Both the position numbers and the translations under genes were made by a program. A model generated the notes under the pieces. That model ran no database searches and was not told the DNA's origin. It was given only the letters and a program-made list of their open reading frames with translations. DNA of 64,000 nucleotides from Nitrosopumilus sp. (GTDB taxonomy: Archaea; Thermoproteota; Nitrososphaeria; Nitrososphaerales; Nitrosopumilaceae), in assembly GCA_963667665.2 (NCBI GenBank), contig OY763927.2:1600001-1664000 (forward strand), written 5' to 3'. This document shows, piece after piece, positions 50,480 to 60,816 of this stretch (positions are counted from its first letter, which is position 1; each line of letters starts with the position of its first letter).

Positions 50480-50747
50480 CTTGGACGACGGTAAACTAGC
50501 AGATGACTCTTTAGCATATGAATACCAATAATGATTTGAGAAATTTCATTTAAAAGAGAATAGTAGGAATCATCAGTACGATCTATATACTATTTTTTCA
50601 AACTTAATTCAATTGGAACTGTCACCAAACAACTAATCGTTACTGGTCTTAAGATCCAATTATCAAGATATTTTTTTGCGCATATTTACAATTAATCCAA
50701 AATGTAAACAAGTTTATCCTTTTATTGTCATTTGATTAATCAATCAC

Positions 50748-51554
50748 ATGAAAGTTGGAGTAATTCAATTCAAAGCATCAACTAAAAAAGAAAATAACCT
50801 AAAAAAAATTGTTTCATATATTTCAAAAGCATCTTCAAAAAATGCAACATTATGTGCATTCCCAGAATTTATGATGTTTTACACAAATTCTTCCCAAACT
50901 GCAAAACAACTTGCAAACTTGGCTGAAACAATTAATGGAAATTTTGTCACAACAATTGCAAAAGCTGCAAAAACAAATCATATTCAAGTTATAGGTTCAT
51001 TTTATGAAAAGAGTAGAAAAAAAGATCGTGTATATGATACTTCTTTTGTAATTGATCAGTTCGGTAAAGTAATCTCAACTTATAGGAAAATTCATCTCTA
51101 TGATGCATTGGGATTTAGGGAATCAAATAAAATGGTTTCAGGCTCTAAGATTACAAAGCCTGTAAAGACATCTCTTGGAAAAATTGGCTTGATGATCTGT
51201 TATGATTTAAGATTTCCAGAGATGGCACGATCACTTGCTGTTGCAGGCTCTGAAGTTTTAGTTGTACCATCTGCTTGGGTAAAAGGTAACATGAAAGAAG
51301 AACATTGGATTACAATAAACAAAACACGAGCAATTGAAAATGGGTGTTATGTAATTGCACCTGATCAAGTTGGAAATATTTACTGTGGACGAAGTTTGGT
51401 AGTTGATCCATATGGGAAAATATTACTCGACATGAAAAAGAAACAAGGTATAGGTTTTGTTATTATTGATCTGAATAAAGTAAAACAAACAAGAAAAATT
51501 TTACCATTACTTAAAAACAGAAGAACAGATATCTATCCTACTTTGAAGGCTTAG
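50748..51554 (+). CDS. carbon-nitrogen hydrolase (nitrilase/Nit family)
   Basis: FPE, YRKIHLYD, ICYDLRFPE catalytic Glu-Lys-Cys triad, RAIEN. Confidence 0.95.
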   Translation: MKVGVIQFKASTKKENNLKKIVSYISKASSKNATLCAFPEFMMFYTNSSQTAKQLANLAETINGNFVTTIAKAAKTNHIQVIGSFYEKSRKKDRVYDTSFVIDQFGKVISTYRKIHLYDALGFRESNKMVSGSKITKPVKTSLGKIGLMICYDLRFPEMARSLAVAGSEVLVVPSAWVKGNMKEEHWITINKTRAIENGCYVIAPDQVGNIYCGRSLVVDPYGKILLDMKKKQGIGFVIIDLNKVKQTRKILPLLKNRRTDIYPTLKA

Positions 51555-52005
51555 ACTTTCTGCTTTCGCAATAAAAGTTTGAACATTGTTTAGTCCATTT
51601 TTGTTTTCGTGAATAACGGAAAATTATCATTGGCCATTTGCATACCTCACAAGGTTGCTTTGTTGCTCTAAGTTTTGCTTTTTGTAATAATGGTGATGAT
51701 GCTTTACATCCACCATAATAGTTAGAACAACCCATGAATCGCTTTTTTGTTGATGGTGATCTAATGACCATTAATTCTCCAAGTTTACACTGAGGACATT
51801 GTACCAATCCTTTTTTTGGTGCATTGGTTCCAAGAATCATGTATTTTTTTTCTTTTGAAGACCAAGATAGGAATCCATTACTATCAAAATATTGAATAAT
51901 CTCTTTTTTGAAGATGTTAGTTTGTGACTTTGTAGTTTTTACAACATGTCTTATTGTAGTCTTTTTTGTCTGAAAAATTTGCAAACTTTTTTTCTTTGGT
52001 GACAT
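51538..52005 (-). CDS. topoisomerase C4 zinc-ribbon domain protein
   Basis: CPQCKLGELM...RFMGCSNY..C, CEVC, CSNFYC; ATG 52005 preferred because it avoids overlapping the thiolase. Confidence 0.85.
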   Translation of the reverse strand: MSPKKKSLQIFQTKKTTIRHVVKTTKSQTNIFKKEIIQYFDSNGFLSWSSKEKKYMILGTNAPKKGLVQCPQCKLGELMVIRSPSTKKRFMGCSNYYGGCKASSPLLQKAKLRATKQPCEVCKWPMIIFRYSRKQKWTKQCSNFYCESRKSKPSK

Positions 52006-52048
52006 TATGATGAATTTACTAAAACAATTTTTATAGGGATTGGGGTCA

Positions 52049-53212
52049 ATGACATTAGTGGAAAAGGTTTGTGTTCTTGGTGCTGGTAGTACCAAATATG
52101 GTAAATTACATGATAGTATAGCTGATATCACTACTCAGGCATCAGTTTCAGCCATAGAAAGTGCAGGAATTGATCCAAAACAAATCCAAGCATCTTACAT
52201 TTCAAACGTCTTTGGAGTTGCAGATAAGCAGGTACATCTTGGACCTGTCTTAATGAGTAGATTGGGAATTCCAGATAAACCATCATTAACAATAGAGTCT
52301 GCGTGTGGAAGTGGCTCTGTATCTTTTAGAGAGGCTTATGCAAATGTTGCAGCCGGATTTTATGATTGTCTTGTTGTAACTGGTGTTGAAAAAGTAACTC
52401 ATACAGGAACTGAATGGACAACAACTTACTTTGCATATTGTTCAGACTTTTTCTATGAAGGTCAAGCTGGTGCATCATTTCCAGGATTATTTGCATCAAT
52501 AGCTAGAGCATACTTGACAGAGTTTGATGCAACTGAAGAAGACTTTGCAAAAGTTGCAGTAAAGAATCATGATAACGGTGTACTTAATCCAAAAGCTCAC
52601 ATGCAAAAGAAGATTACAATTGATGATGTAATGAATTCTCCAGTAGTTGCAAGTCCTCTCAAACTTTATGATTGTTGTCCATTTTCTGATGGTGCAAGTT
52701 CTGTAATTCTTTGTTCTGAAAAGTTTGCAAAAGAGAATGGAAGTGATTACATTGAAGTAATTGGTTCTGGTAGAGGTGGATCACCTGCTGCATTGCAAGG
52801 ACGTGAAAGCCTAACAACAATTCCAAGTACAAAGATTGCAGCAGAAGCTGCATACAAAATGGCTGGTATCACTGCAAAAGATATAGACTTTGCAGAAGTA
52901 CATGACTGTTTTACAATTGCAGAAATAGTTGACACTGAAGATTTGGGATTCTTTGAAAAAGGAAAAGGTGTACAGGCTATTCGTGAAGATAGAACAAAAT
53001 TAAATTCTGATATTTCAATAAACCCTTCAGGCGGTCTTAAATCAAAAGGACACCCAATTGGAGCTACAGGTGTTGGACAAGTAGTAGAAGTATTTGATCA
53101 ACTAACTGGAAAAGCAGGTGAAAGAACTGTTAAAGATGCAAAAATTGGTTTAACACATAACTTTGGTGCAACTGGTGCAAGTTGTGCTGTTCACATATTC
53201 CAAAGTGTGTAA
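52049..53212 (+). CDS. acetyl-CoA acetyltransferase (archaeal thiolase)
   Basis: ESACGSG, DCCPFSDGA, EVHDCF, NPSGGLKSKGHPIGATG. Confidence 0.95.
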   Translation: MTLVEKVCVLGAGSTKYGKLHDSIADITTQASVSAIESAGIDPKQIQASYISNVFGVADKQVHLGPVLMSRLGIPDKPSLTIESACGSGSVSFREAYANVAAGFYDCLVVTGVEKVTHTGTEWTTTYFAYCSDFFYEGQAGASFPGLFASIARAYLTEFDATEEDFAKVAVKNHDNGVLNPKAHMQKKITIDDVMNSPVVASPLKLYDCCPFSDGASSVILCSEKFAKENGSDYIEVIGSGRGGSPAALQGRESLTTIPSTKIAAEAAYKMAGITAKDIDFAEVHDCFTIAEIVDTEDLGFFEKGKGVQAIREDRTKLNSDISINPSGGLKSKGHPIGATGVGQVVEVFDQLTGKAGERTVKDAKIGLTHNFGATGASCAVHIFQSV

Positions 53213-53213
53213 A

Positions 53214-53579
53214 ATGTCTGTTGAAGAACAACTTATTGAACATGCTAAACAAGGCAAACTCCTAACTCACAAGTGTACTAGCTGTGGTTACCTTCATTTA
53301 TCTACAGCATATTATTGCCTAAAATGCGGCAGCAAGGGATTTGAGGATGTCATTTTAGAGGGTACAGGTGAAATTGCTACTTATACTATAATTACAGTCG
53401 CGCCTGCAGGCTTTGAAAAATACACACCGTATGCCTTTGTTGTACTTCAACTAGATGACACACATTTGAGAATTTCTGGATTTATGCCCGGAATTTCCAC
53501 CCCTGCAGATCTCCCAGTTGGAGCAAGAGCCAAAATGACAGGTTTTGATGAACGTGGAATCATCATTGAAAAGCAGTAA
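53214..53579 (+). CDS. DUF35 Zn-ribbon/OB-fold thiolase partner
   Basis: CTSCG...CLKCG, GEIATYTII, PYAFVVLQL; directly after thiolase. Confidence 0.92.
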   Translation: MSVEEQLIEHAKQGKLLTHKCTSCGYLHLSTAYYCLKCGSKGFEDVILEGTGEIATYTIITVAPAGFEKYTPYAFVVLQLDDTHLRISGFMPGISTPADLPVGARAKMTGFDERGIIIEKQ

Positions 53580-53649
53580 AATAATTTGCTTGAATTATTA
53601 AAAAAAATCAAAATCGTTTCTTAATAATTTTGTATAGGTGATCATTTTC

Positions 53650-53811
53650 ATGTCAGTAGAAGTTACATGTGGTAAATGTGGAGAAAAGATCACAAACATG
53701 AAAATGTTAAAATCATTAAAAGATGTAATGAATCCTTACAGTGGAAAGTGTCCATCATGTGGACAGAAACTTTCTACATCTGAGTTTTCACTTGATGTCA
53801 AAGAAAACTAA
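53650..53811 (+). CDS. CPxCG zinc-finger microprotein (53 aa)
   Basis: MSVEVTCGKCGEKITNMKMLKSLKDVMNPYSGKCPSCGQKLSTSEFSLDVKEN*; GGTGA RBS upstream. Confidence 0.8.
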   Translation: MSVEVTCGKCGEKITNMKMLKSLKDVMNPYSGKCPSCGQKLSTSEFSLDVKEN

Positions 53812-53963
53812 TATTAACGATCTCTTGACATATCATTTTTCAATTTTTTTAAAAAATAGATCTATGATCTAAAAATTTTTATCTTTCAACAATAGATCTG
53901 ATCAAAAATTGTCCGAATTCATACAGTCATAAGTCTTAATTACCTCATAACTTAGAAAAATGC

Positions 53964-56117
53964 ATGGAATTGGAAGAAGAAGAACTCAAATTAGATTTAG
54001 ACTCCGATTTAGACTCCAATTCAGACTCTGATTTCGATTCAGAACCAGACGAAAATAGAGGTGGAATCTTACAATCAACATCAAAACGTGTTAGAATGAT
54101 CTTCTCTGTTATGGCAAGTCCCAATAGAATTGATATTCTCAGAATCCTAAATTCCAAGGGTCCTTTGACTTATTCTGAATTAAAATCTCTAGCTGGGTTC
54201 AAGTCTAAAAAAGAAAGTGGTAAATTTGCATACCATTTAAGAAAACTACTAAGACAATCCCTTGTTGCACTTAACAAATCTGAAAGACGTTATACTATTA
54301 CAAATCTTGGAAAACTAGTTTTAAGCTTGGCACGACAAATTGAAGAAAGATCAATTATTGAAAGTGGAAAAATGTATGTTAGAACATCACATGAATCCAT
54401 TGAAGAATTTAATTCTCATAAAATTATTCAATCACTAGTTCGCGAAGGAAGTCTTCCATTAGAACTAGCACAAAAAATTACCGAAGAAGTTGAAAATAGA
54501 ATTTACAAATATCAGACTACATATCTAACAGGCTCACTTATCAGAGAATTGGTAAATTCTGTTCTCTTAGAACATGGTCATGAGGAATATAGAAACAAAC
54601 TAGCACGCCTAGGTTTGCCTGTTTTTGATGTTCAGGAGATGATTACCAACTTAGATAATGTGAATAATGGTGCTGAGGGTCTTTTGTTTAACACTGGGCA
54701 GAGTGTATTTGCTGAACACTTGCTTACTAATATCTTACCAAAAGATGTTGCAGATTCTCATCTTTCTGGAGATTTGCATGTTACCAACCCTGGAATTTGG
54801 TCTATGATTCCTGATACAATATTTGTTAATGTCAAAGAATTGATTGAAGATGGAATTGATCTTGGTGGAAAATATCTTGACGTGTCAAGAATTCCTGCAT
54901 CAAAACAACTTGATGAAATTACAAGTTCATTGTCTGTCATAATATCTCTTATTTCAAAAGAAGCTTCACAAGAAATTGTACTTGATGGATTAGTTCAGGT
55001 GTTTTCAAAACATTCAAAGTCTCTTACAGAACTTGAACAAAAACTAACTAATGCATTTGCAACTGCATCTACAACTTCCCAATATAACAAAAAGAGTACT
55101 AATGTTTCAATTAGATTACAATTAGGAACTGATACAAAAATAATTAATTCAATTATCAAAGCATACAAAAATTATGTAAAGATTACACCAATACCAAAAA
55201 TTGGCCTTATAATAGATCATGAAAAAGGAAAGATAACTGATGTCTCACAATCAGCGTCTGAAATAATTCCACTTGGTGGAAAAATAATGTTTGCTAGAGG
55301 TCAAACATCTAGTAATGGTGTAACAAATGGATCTATAAAGAATGCAGGTCCACTTTCAATATCACTACAATCTGTTTCTATTAATCTTCCAAGACTTGCC
55401 TTTGAATCAAACAAAGATGAAACTTACTTTAGAGCAAGACTTGCATTACTAATGAAACCTGCATTATCTTCAATGGCACTAAGAAAGAAAGATATCTCAG
55501 ATATTACTAGAAGAGGACTTAATCCAATTCTTGCAAAGAATACTCAATACATGCAAAAAAGTTCTGTTTCTCTTGTTGTAAACTTGGTTGGACTCAAAGA
55601 ATCAGTCTTTAACATACTTGGATTCAAAGACAACAAAGAAGGTCGTAATATTCTTCATAAAGTCATTGAAACTGCAGTTGATGTTGCAAACAAAAAAGGC
55701 AAAGAATTAGGTAGTTCTGTGGCTATTTGTATGACTGAAACTGAAGGTTCACATCGTTTTGCCACACTTGATGGTGAGAAATATGGTAAGAATTCTGCCC
55801 TCAATTCGATGGAAGGTGATTCTTATTCTGAAGGTATGGTGATTAATGCCTCTGAAATTGGTGACTATACCCTCAAAAGTGAACCTATCTCTGAGTGTAA
55901 CAAGTTCTCAAAATTACTTAATGGAGGATTATCTGTACAACTAAAAATTGACAAAGATGCAAAGATTGATGAAATCAAAAAATCAATTGAGAAAGCATCT
56001 ACACTAGTCTCTTCTTTTAAACCAGTCAAGATGATCGCAATATGTGGTGAGTGTGGTTTCAAAGATGAACCATTTGAAGACAAGTGTCCAAAGTGTAAGT
56101 CATCATACATAGTCTGA
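53964..56117 (+). CDS. ArsR-type wHTH + ATP-cone + degenerate class III ribonucleotide reductase (NrdD)-like protein
   Basis: ASPNRIDILRIL..GPLTYSEL..FAYHLRKL..YTITNLG; VRTS..IEEFNSHKI ATP-cone; HLSGDLHV and SINLPRLA; C-terminal CGECG..CPKC; no glycyl-radical loop. Confidence 0.85.
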   Translation: MELEEEELKLDLDSDLDSNSDSDFDSEPDENRGGILQSTSKRVRMIFSVMASPNRIDILRILNSKGPLTYSELKSLAGFKSKKESGKFAYHLRKLLRQSLVALNKSERRYTITNLGKLVLSLARQIEERSIIESGKMYVRTSHESIEEFNSHKIIQSLVREGSLPLELAQKITEEVENRIYKYQTTYLTGSLIRELVNSVLLEHGHEEYRNKLARLGLPVFDVQEMITNLDNVNNGAEGLLFNTGQSVFAEHLLTNILPKDVADSHLSGDLHVTNPGIWSMIPDTIFVNVKELIEDGIDLGGKYLDVSRIPASKQLDEITSSLSVIISLISKEASQEIVLDGLVQVFSKHSKSLTELEQKLTNAFATASTTSQYNKKSTNVSIRLQLGTDTKIINSIIKAYKNYVKITPIPKIGLIIDHEKGKITDVSQSASEIIPLGGKIMFARGQTSSNGVTNGSIKNAGPLSISLQSVSINLPRLAFESNKDETYFRARLALLMKPALSSMALRKKDISDITRRGLNPILAKNTQYMQKSSVSLVVNLVGLKESVFNILGFKDNKEGRNILHKVIETAVDVANKKGKELGSSVAICMTETEGSHRFATLDGEKYGKNSALNSMEGDSYSEGMVINASEIGDYTLKSEPISECNKFSKLLNGGLSVQLKIDKDAKIDEIKKSIEKASTLVSSFKPVKMIAICGECGFKDEPFEDKCPKCKSSYIV

Positions 56118-56321
56118 ATTTCGTAAATGAAAAACTAGTTACGATCATTTTTGAAAACTTTTTGATCAGTATTCGATGTAGCGATCATCGTTGCTAACTG
56201 TTAAAATTATGTAAATATGAACATCATAACAGATGTGTCAACATTTTTGAACCGAGCTTGAAGAAAAAATTGCAGAATCATTTATAGACACATTAATCAT
56301 AACACCTACGGGGAGATTATT

Positions 56322-58973
56322 TTGGACAATTCACAAATAGAAAATACTATCAATGAGATCAAAAAGCGTAGTGGAGCAGTAACCGTCTTTAATAAAGATA
56401 AAATTTCAAATGCGATATTCAGGGCATTAGCTGCTACTTCTAAAGCAGATCGTAGCCTAGCAGATCAACTTGCAAATAACGTAGTCAACAAATTAGTAGA
56501 ACAAGGATTTACCAGCACAAGAACACCTACTGTTGAAGATATTCAAGATATTGTAGAATCAACTTTAATTGATAGCGGTAATAGTGATATAGCAAAAGCA
56601 TACATCGTTTACAGACACGAGAGAAGAAAATTAAGAGATGAAAAAAAGAGAGTCTTGAATCTAAAGACACTTGATCCAGTTTCCAAAAAATTTGATTTAA
56701 ATTGCCTGAGAATACTAGCATCAAGATATCTTTTTAGAAATGGAAAAAATGAAATTATTGAATCTCCAACACAAATGTTTGAAAGAGTTGCAATTCTAGT
56801 AGGAGTAGGTGATATCCTATATGATTCACAAGTATTTGACAAAGCAGGAAATATTAAACAAGATATTGATGAAGCAAAATCTTATCTTGAAAAACTAGAT
56901 GCCTTTGACTATAAATTCAAAGTCGGAAATTATTATCTAAACAAATGGCATTTTAGATCCTTGATAAATCACTATGTAACACTTGCAAACAAAGGTCAGA
57001 TGAAGATTAACTTCAAAGATCTTTTGACATTACTTGCAGCAAAGAAGCTTGATGATTATGCAGATAAAATTACTGAATACTTTGAGATGATGACATCCCA
57101 AGACTTTCTCCCAAATTCACCAACAATGATGAATGCAGGTGGAAGATTAGGACAGCTCTCAGCATGCTTTGTACTTGGTATGGGAGATGACATGGAAAAA
57201 ATCATGAAAACAACTTCTGATGCGGCATTAATCTTCAAATCAGGCGGTGGAGTTGGAATTAACTACTCTGATCTTCGTGAGGAGGGTGATATTGTAGCAT
57301 CAACATCTGGTGTTGCATCTGGACCCGTATCTTTTATGAATATTATCAACACTGTTACCGAAGTCGTCAAACAAGGAGGAAAAAGACGTGGTGCAAACAT
57401 GGGAATTATTGAGGCATGGCATCCTGATGTTGAAAAATTTATCACAAATAAGACAGAACCAGGTGTTTTAGAAAATTTTAACGTAAGTGTTGGTATCTGG
57501 GAAGACTTTTGGAATGCACTTGTTAACACTGAAGATGGTAACTATATGTTACGTAGTCCACGTGACAAACAACCAGTTAAAGAAATCAATGCACATCAGC
57601 TAATTGATCTAATTGCTCTATCTGCATGGAAAAGTGGAGAACCTGGATTGATCTTCTTTGATCAAATTAACAAATACAATGTATTTGCCAAAGCTAGACA
57701 AGCACCACTAAGAGCAACAAATCCTTGTGGTGAACAAAGTCTTTATCCATACGAATCATGCAACCTTGGTTCTATCAATTTAGTTAATCTAGTAAAGAGA
57801 CAAGCAAATGGATCTTATGAATTTGATTGGCAAAGATATGAAGAAATAATTAGAAAGACAACAAAATTCCTTGATAATATTATTGATGTAAACCATTATC
57901 CAGTTGAAGAAATCAATGTTGCATCCAAAGAATCTAGAAGAATTGGACTTGGAGTTATGGGCGTTGCTGATCTCTTATACAAACTAAGAATTCCATACAA
58001 TTCCAAAGAAGGATATGAACTACAATCCAAACTAGCAGAAGCTCTGACATACTATTCAATGGAAGAAAGTGTTGCACTTGCAAAATCTCGTGGTGAATTT
58101 CCACTTTGCTCAAAGACAGAATATCCAGAAGGAAAGATTCCTGTTTCAGGATACTATGAAAAACCCAAAGAAACTCATTCCTATGAATGGGGTGCATTAA
58201 TTGAAAAAATTAAAAAATATGGTATTAGACATGTTTTGGCTACAACAGTTGCCCCAACTGGTACGCTTTCTATGATTGCAGATTGTTCAAACGGAATGGA
58301 ACCTGCATTTGCTCTTGTGTTTGAAAAGAGAGTGACTGTTGGAAGATTCTTCTATACAAACAAGATTGTTGAAGAAGTCTTAAAAGAACATGGTCTTTAC
58401 AGCGATGAAATTCTAGCAAAGATTGCAGATAATTATGGTTCATTGAAAGGACTAGATGAAATCCCACAATGGATGCAAGATGTTTTCGTAACTGCAATGG
58501 ATATTCATTGGGCAGATCATCTTATGGCTCAAGGAGTATGGCAAGACTGGATTGGAAATGCAATTGCAAAAACAATCAACATGCCATATGATGTTACTGT
58601 AGAAGATGTAAAATCTGCATATCTATTAGCACATGAATTAGGACTAAAAGGAATTACAGTTTATCGTGATGGATCTAGACACAAGCAAGTACTTCACATG
58701 ACTAGTGAAAACGCAAAAAAAACATTTGAGGTAACACCAACTGAACACGTTACTGGTTATGTTACAGCAAATATCACAAATCCATATATAAAATCACAAG
58801 TCAATGCTGCACTTGCAATTAAAGTTCACGAGAATGATCTCAAAGTTGAACCTGTAGTACAAGAAGAGATCTCAGAAGATCGTTTATGTCCAACCTGCAA
58901 AAACAACCTGGTCTTTGTTGAAGGTTGCAGTATCTGCATTGATTGTGGATACAGCGGTTGTACTTCTGGATAA
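56322..58973 (+). CDS. nrdJ: adenosylcobalamin-dependent (class II) ribonucleotide reductase with N-terminal ATP-cone
   Basis: IKKRSG ATP-cone, PNSPTMMNAG, LSACFV, ATNPCGEQ, ESCNLGSINL, APTGT, KGITVYRDGSR, C-terminal Cys cluster. Confidence 0.96.
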   Translation: MDNSQIENTINEIKKRSGAVTVFNKDKISNAIFRALAATSKADRSLADQLANNVVNKLVEQGFTSTRTPTVEDIQDIVESTLIDSGNSDIAKAYIVYRHERRKLRDEKKRVLNLKTLDPVSKKFDLNCLRILASRYLFRNGKNEIIESPTQMFERVAILVGVGDILYDSQVFDKAGNIKQDIDEAKSYLEKLDAFDYKFKVGNYYLNKWHFRSLINHYVTLANKGQMKINFKDLLTLLAAKKLDDYADKITEYFEMMTSQDFLPNSPTMMNAGGRLGQLSACFVLGMGDDMEKIMKTTSDAALIFKSGGGVGINYSDLREEGDIVASTSGVASGPVSFMNIINTVTEVVKQGGKRRGANMGIIEAWHPDVEKFITNKTEPGVLENFNVSVGIWEDFWNALVNTEDGNYMLRSPRDKQPVKEINAHQLIDLIALSAWKSGEPGLIFFDQINKYNVFAKARQAPLRATNPCGEQSLYPYESCNLGSINLVNLVKRQANGSYEFDWQRYEEIIRKTTKFLDNIIDVNHYPVEEINVASKESRRIGLGVMGVADLLYKLRIPYNSKEGYELQSKLAEALTYYSMEESVALAKSRGEFPLCSKTEYPEGKIPVSGYYEKPKETHSYEWGALIEKIKKYGIRHVLATTVAPTGTLSMIADCSNGMEPAFALVFEKRVTVGRFFYTNKIVEEVLKEHGLYSDEILAKIADNYGSLKGLDEIPQWMQDVFVTAMDIHWADHLMAQGVWQDWIGNAIAKTINMPYDVTVEDVKSAYLLAHELGLKGITVYRDGSRHKQVLHMTSENAKKTFEVTPTEHVTGYVTANITNPYIKSQVNAALAIKVHENDLKVEPVVQEEISEDRLCPTCKNNLVFVEGCSICIDCGYSGCTSG

Positions 58974-59014
58974 ATAACAAAATCACAACTTTTTTACTTT
59001 CTTTTCCAATTAGT

Positions 59015-60124
59015 ATGAATATGAAAATTCTAGGTGTAACTGCAGGCCTAGTAGTAATTATTGCAATATCAGCTGTAATTTTGAGTTTACCGAGTTCAGA
59101 AATTATCACTAATCAAAAAATTGGTCTTGTAATTAATTCTCCAAATCAATCAATAACTTTACAAGAATTAGATCAAATTTACTCTGAAGCATCAACCACT
59201 GGCATTGGAAGAAGTAACGTCTATCTTTTTTGGAATATAGTTGAACCCGTACGTGGAGAATATGATTGGCAACAATCAGATGTAATGTTTGGGTTAAATG
59301 AAAAAAATGATCTCAAAGTTACTCTCTTCTTTTCAGTAATTAATGGAGAAACACTTGGTCCATTTCCTGATTGGATTGGAAAACCATCTCTTAACTCTCT
59401 TGGAGAAGACAGGCTCGTAAATGTTCTTGATGCAATTCTTTCACGATATAATATCATAGATACAGTAATTATTGGCGGTGAAACTGAATCTCAATTTCGT
59501 TACTATGAACAAAATATTTCTGTATACCAAGAGCTGTTTTCTGGAGTTTATGAAAAAATAAAAGAAAAATATCCTGATGTAAAATTTGGAAATTCGTTTG
59601 CATTACATCATGTATTGAATAAAGATTTGAAACATATTGTTAGTGATTTAGCAATTGGTGATTTTGTTGCATTTTCATACTTTCCAGTTGATACACTAAA
59701 TGATGTTGTAAAAACTCCTCAAGAAGCTATAGAAGATTTAGAGAAAGTATTTGAAATTGTACCAAACAAAAAAGTTGGATTTTTTGAGATTAGCTGGAGT
59801 ACGTCAGATTTCATAGGCGGAAATATTGCTTCTCAGAAAGATTTCTTGGATAAATTATTCGAGTTTTATTCAGAAAATGAATCTGAAATTGAATTTTTAA
59901 CATGGTACAGGCAATATGATAGACTAGAAGGCACTTGTATTACAGAACAACAAGACATTGGTGATAAAAGTATCAGTGTTGGAGGAGGTTCTGGTTTGGG
60001 TAGTAGTGAATACGTTATTGAAAGACTAAACTATTATGTTTGCAATGCTGGTCTTGTTGATGTTAATGGTAATCCAAAATCTGGATGGTATGAATTTAAA
60101 AAACAAATAGAAATGATCAACTAA
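59015..60124 (+). CDS. membrane-anchored glycoside-hydrolase-like TIM-barrel protein
   Basis: N-terminal TM; WNIVEPVRGEYDW, IGGE and FFEISWST resemble GH-A clan motifs. Confidence 0.6.
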   Translation: MNMKILGVTAGLVVIIAISAVILSLPSSEIITNQKIGLVINSPNQSITLQELDQIYSEASTTGIGRSNVYLFWNIVEPVRGEYDWQQSDVMFGLNEKNDLKVTLFFSVINGETLGPFPDWIGKPSLNSLGEDRLVNVLDAILSRYNIIDTVIIGGETESQFRYYEQNISVYQELFSGVYEKIKEKYPDVKFGNSFALHHVLNKDLKHIVSDLAIGDFVAFSYFPVDTLNDVVKTPQEAIEDLEKVFEIVPNKKVGFFEISWSTSDFIGGNIASQKDFLDKLFEFYSENESEIEFLTWYRQYDRLEGTCITEQQDIGDKSISVGGGSGLGSSEYVIERLNYYVCNAGLVDVNGNPKSGWYEFKKQIEMIN

Positions 60125-60125
60125 A

Positions 60126-60794
60126 ATGATTTCCTTAATTTTATCTGAATCCGCACTAGAACTTGTTCCATCAGAACTAAAACATCATCCATCAGTTGTA
60201 TCTCATGCAAGAAAGCTTGGAAAACATACATCAGAAATTTTACTAGATAATTCCTGGCATTTTGCAGCTATGAAAGGAATCAAAAATGAAATGAAAAGAG
60301 GACGACCAGATTTGGTACACTTTTCAATACTTGAAGCTACTACAATTCCATTGTATCTTCAAAATAAAATGAAACTTTTTGTTCATACAATTGATGATAA
60401 GGTGATATACTTTGGTCAAAATGTTCATGTACCTAAATCATATCATAGATTTGAAGGTCTAATTGAGAAACTGTATCAAGAAAAAAAAATTATAGCAGAT
60501 AATGATGTATTACTTGAGATTAAAGAAAAAACATTTCCAGAACTACTTGATGAGATTAATCCATCAAAAGTAATTGGATTTTCTACAAAAGGTACACTAA
60601 ACTCTTATGAAAAAATTGCAGCAGAGATTTCAGATGATACATGTATTGTGCTTGGAGGATTCCAAAAAGGAAATTTTTCTGATTCAATTCAAAACAAAAT
60701 TAGTACTCTATATTCTATTGGCAATGAATCCTTTGAGGGTCACGTTGTAGTTGCTAGAATTCTCTATGAGTATGAAAAAACCATTTTTATGTAG
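60126..60794 (+). CDS. nep1: 16S rRNA pseudouridine N1-methyltransferase Nep1/EMG1
   Basis: LILSESALELVP, RGRPDLVH, PKSYHRFEGL, LGGFQKG. Confidence 0.92.
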   Translation: MISLILSESALELVPSELKHHPSVVSHARKLGKHTSEILLDNSWHFAAMKGIKNEMKRGRPDLVHFSILEATTIPLYLQNKMKLFVHTIDDKVIYFGQNVHVPKSYHRFEGLIEKLYQEKKIIADNDVLLEIKEKTFPELLDEINPSKVIGFSTKGTLNSYEKIAAEISDDTCIVLGGFQKGNFSDSIQNKISTLYSIGNESFEGHVVVARILYEYEKTIFM

Positions 60795-60816
60795 GAAGTA
60801 AAATTTGCATTTTGTT

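Noticed and set aside
50480-50630. Fluoride-riboswitch-like fragments (CTGATGATTCCTAC on minus; TAAAC...GATGACTC on plus)
   Set aside because: The 5' GGCGATGGxGTTCGCC pseudoknot element is absent and no crcB-type gene follows.
53964-56117. Functional anaerobic ribonucleotide reductase nrdD
   Set aside because: Glycyl-radical loop and catalytic cysteines are missing, so the gene symbol was withheld.
56322-58973. Intein in nrdJ (also checked atpA)
   Set aside because: Lengths are normal and no C...HN splice motifs or LAGLIDADG blocks were seen.
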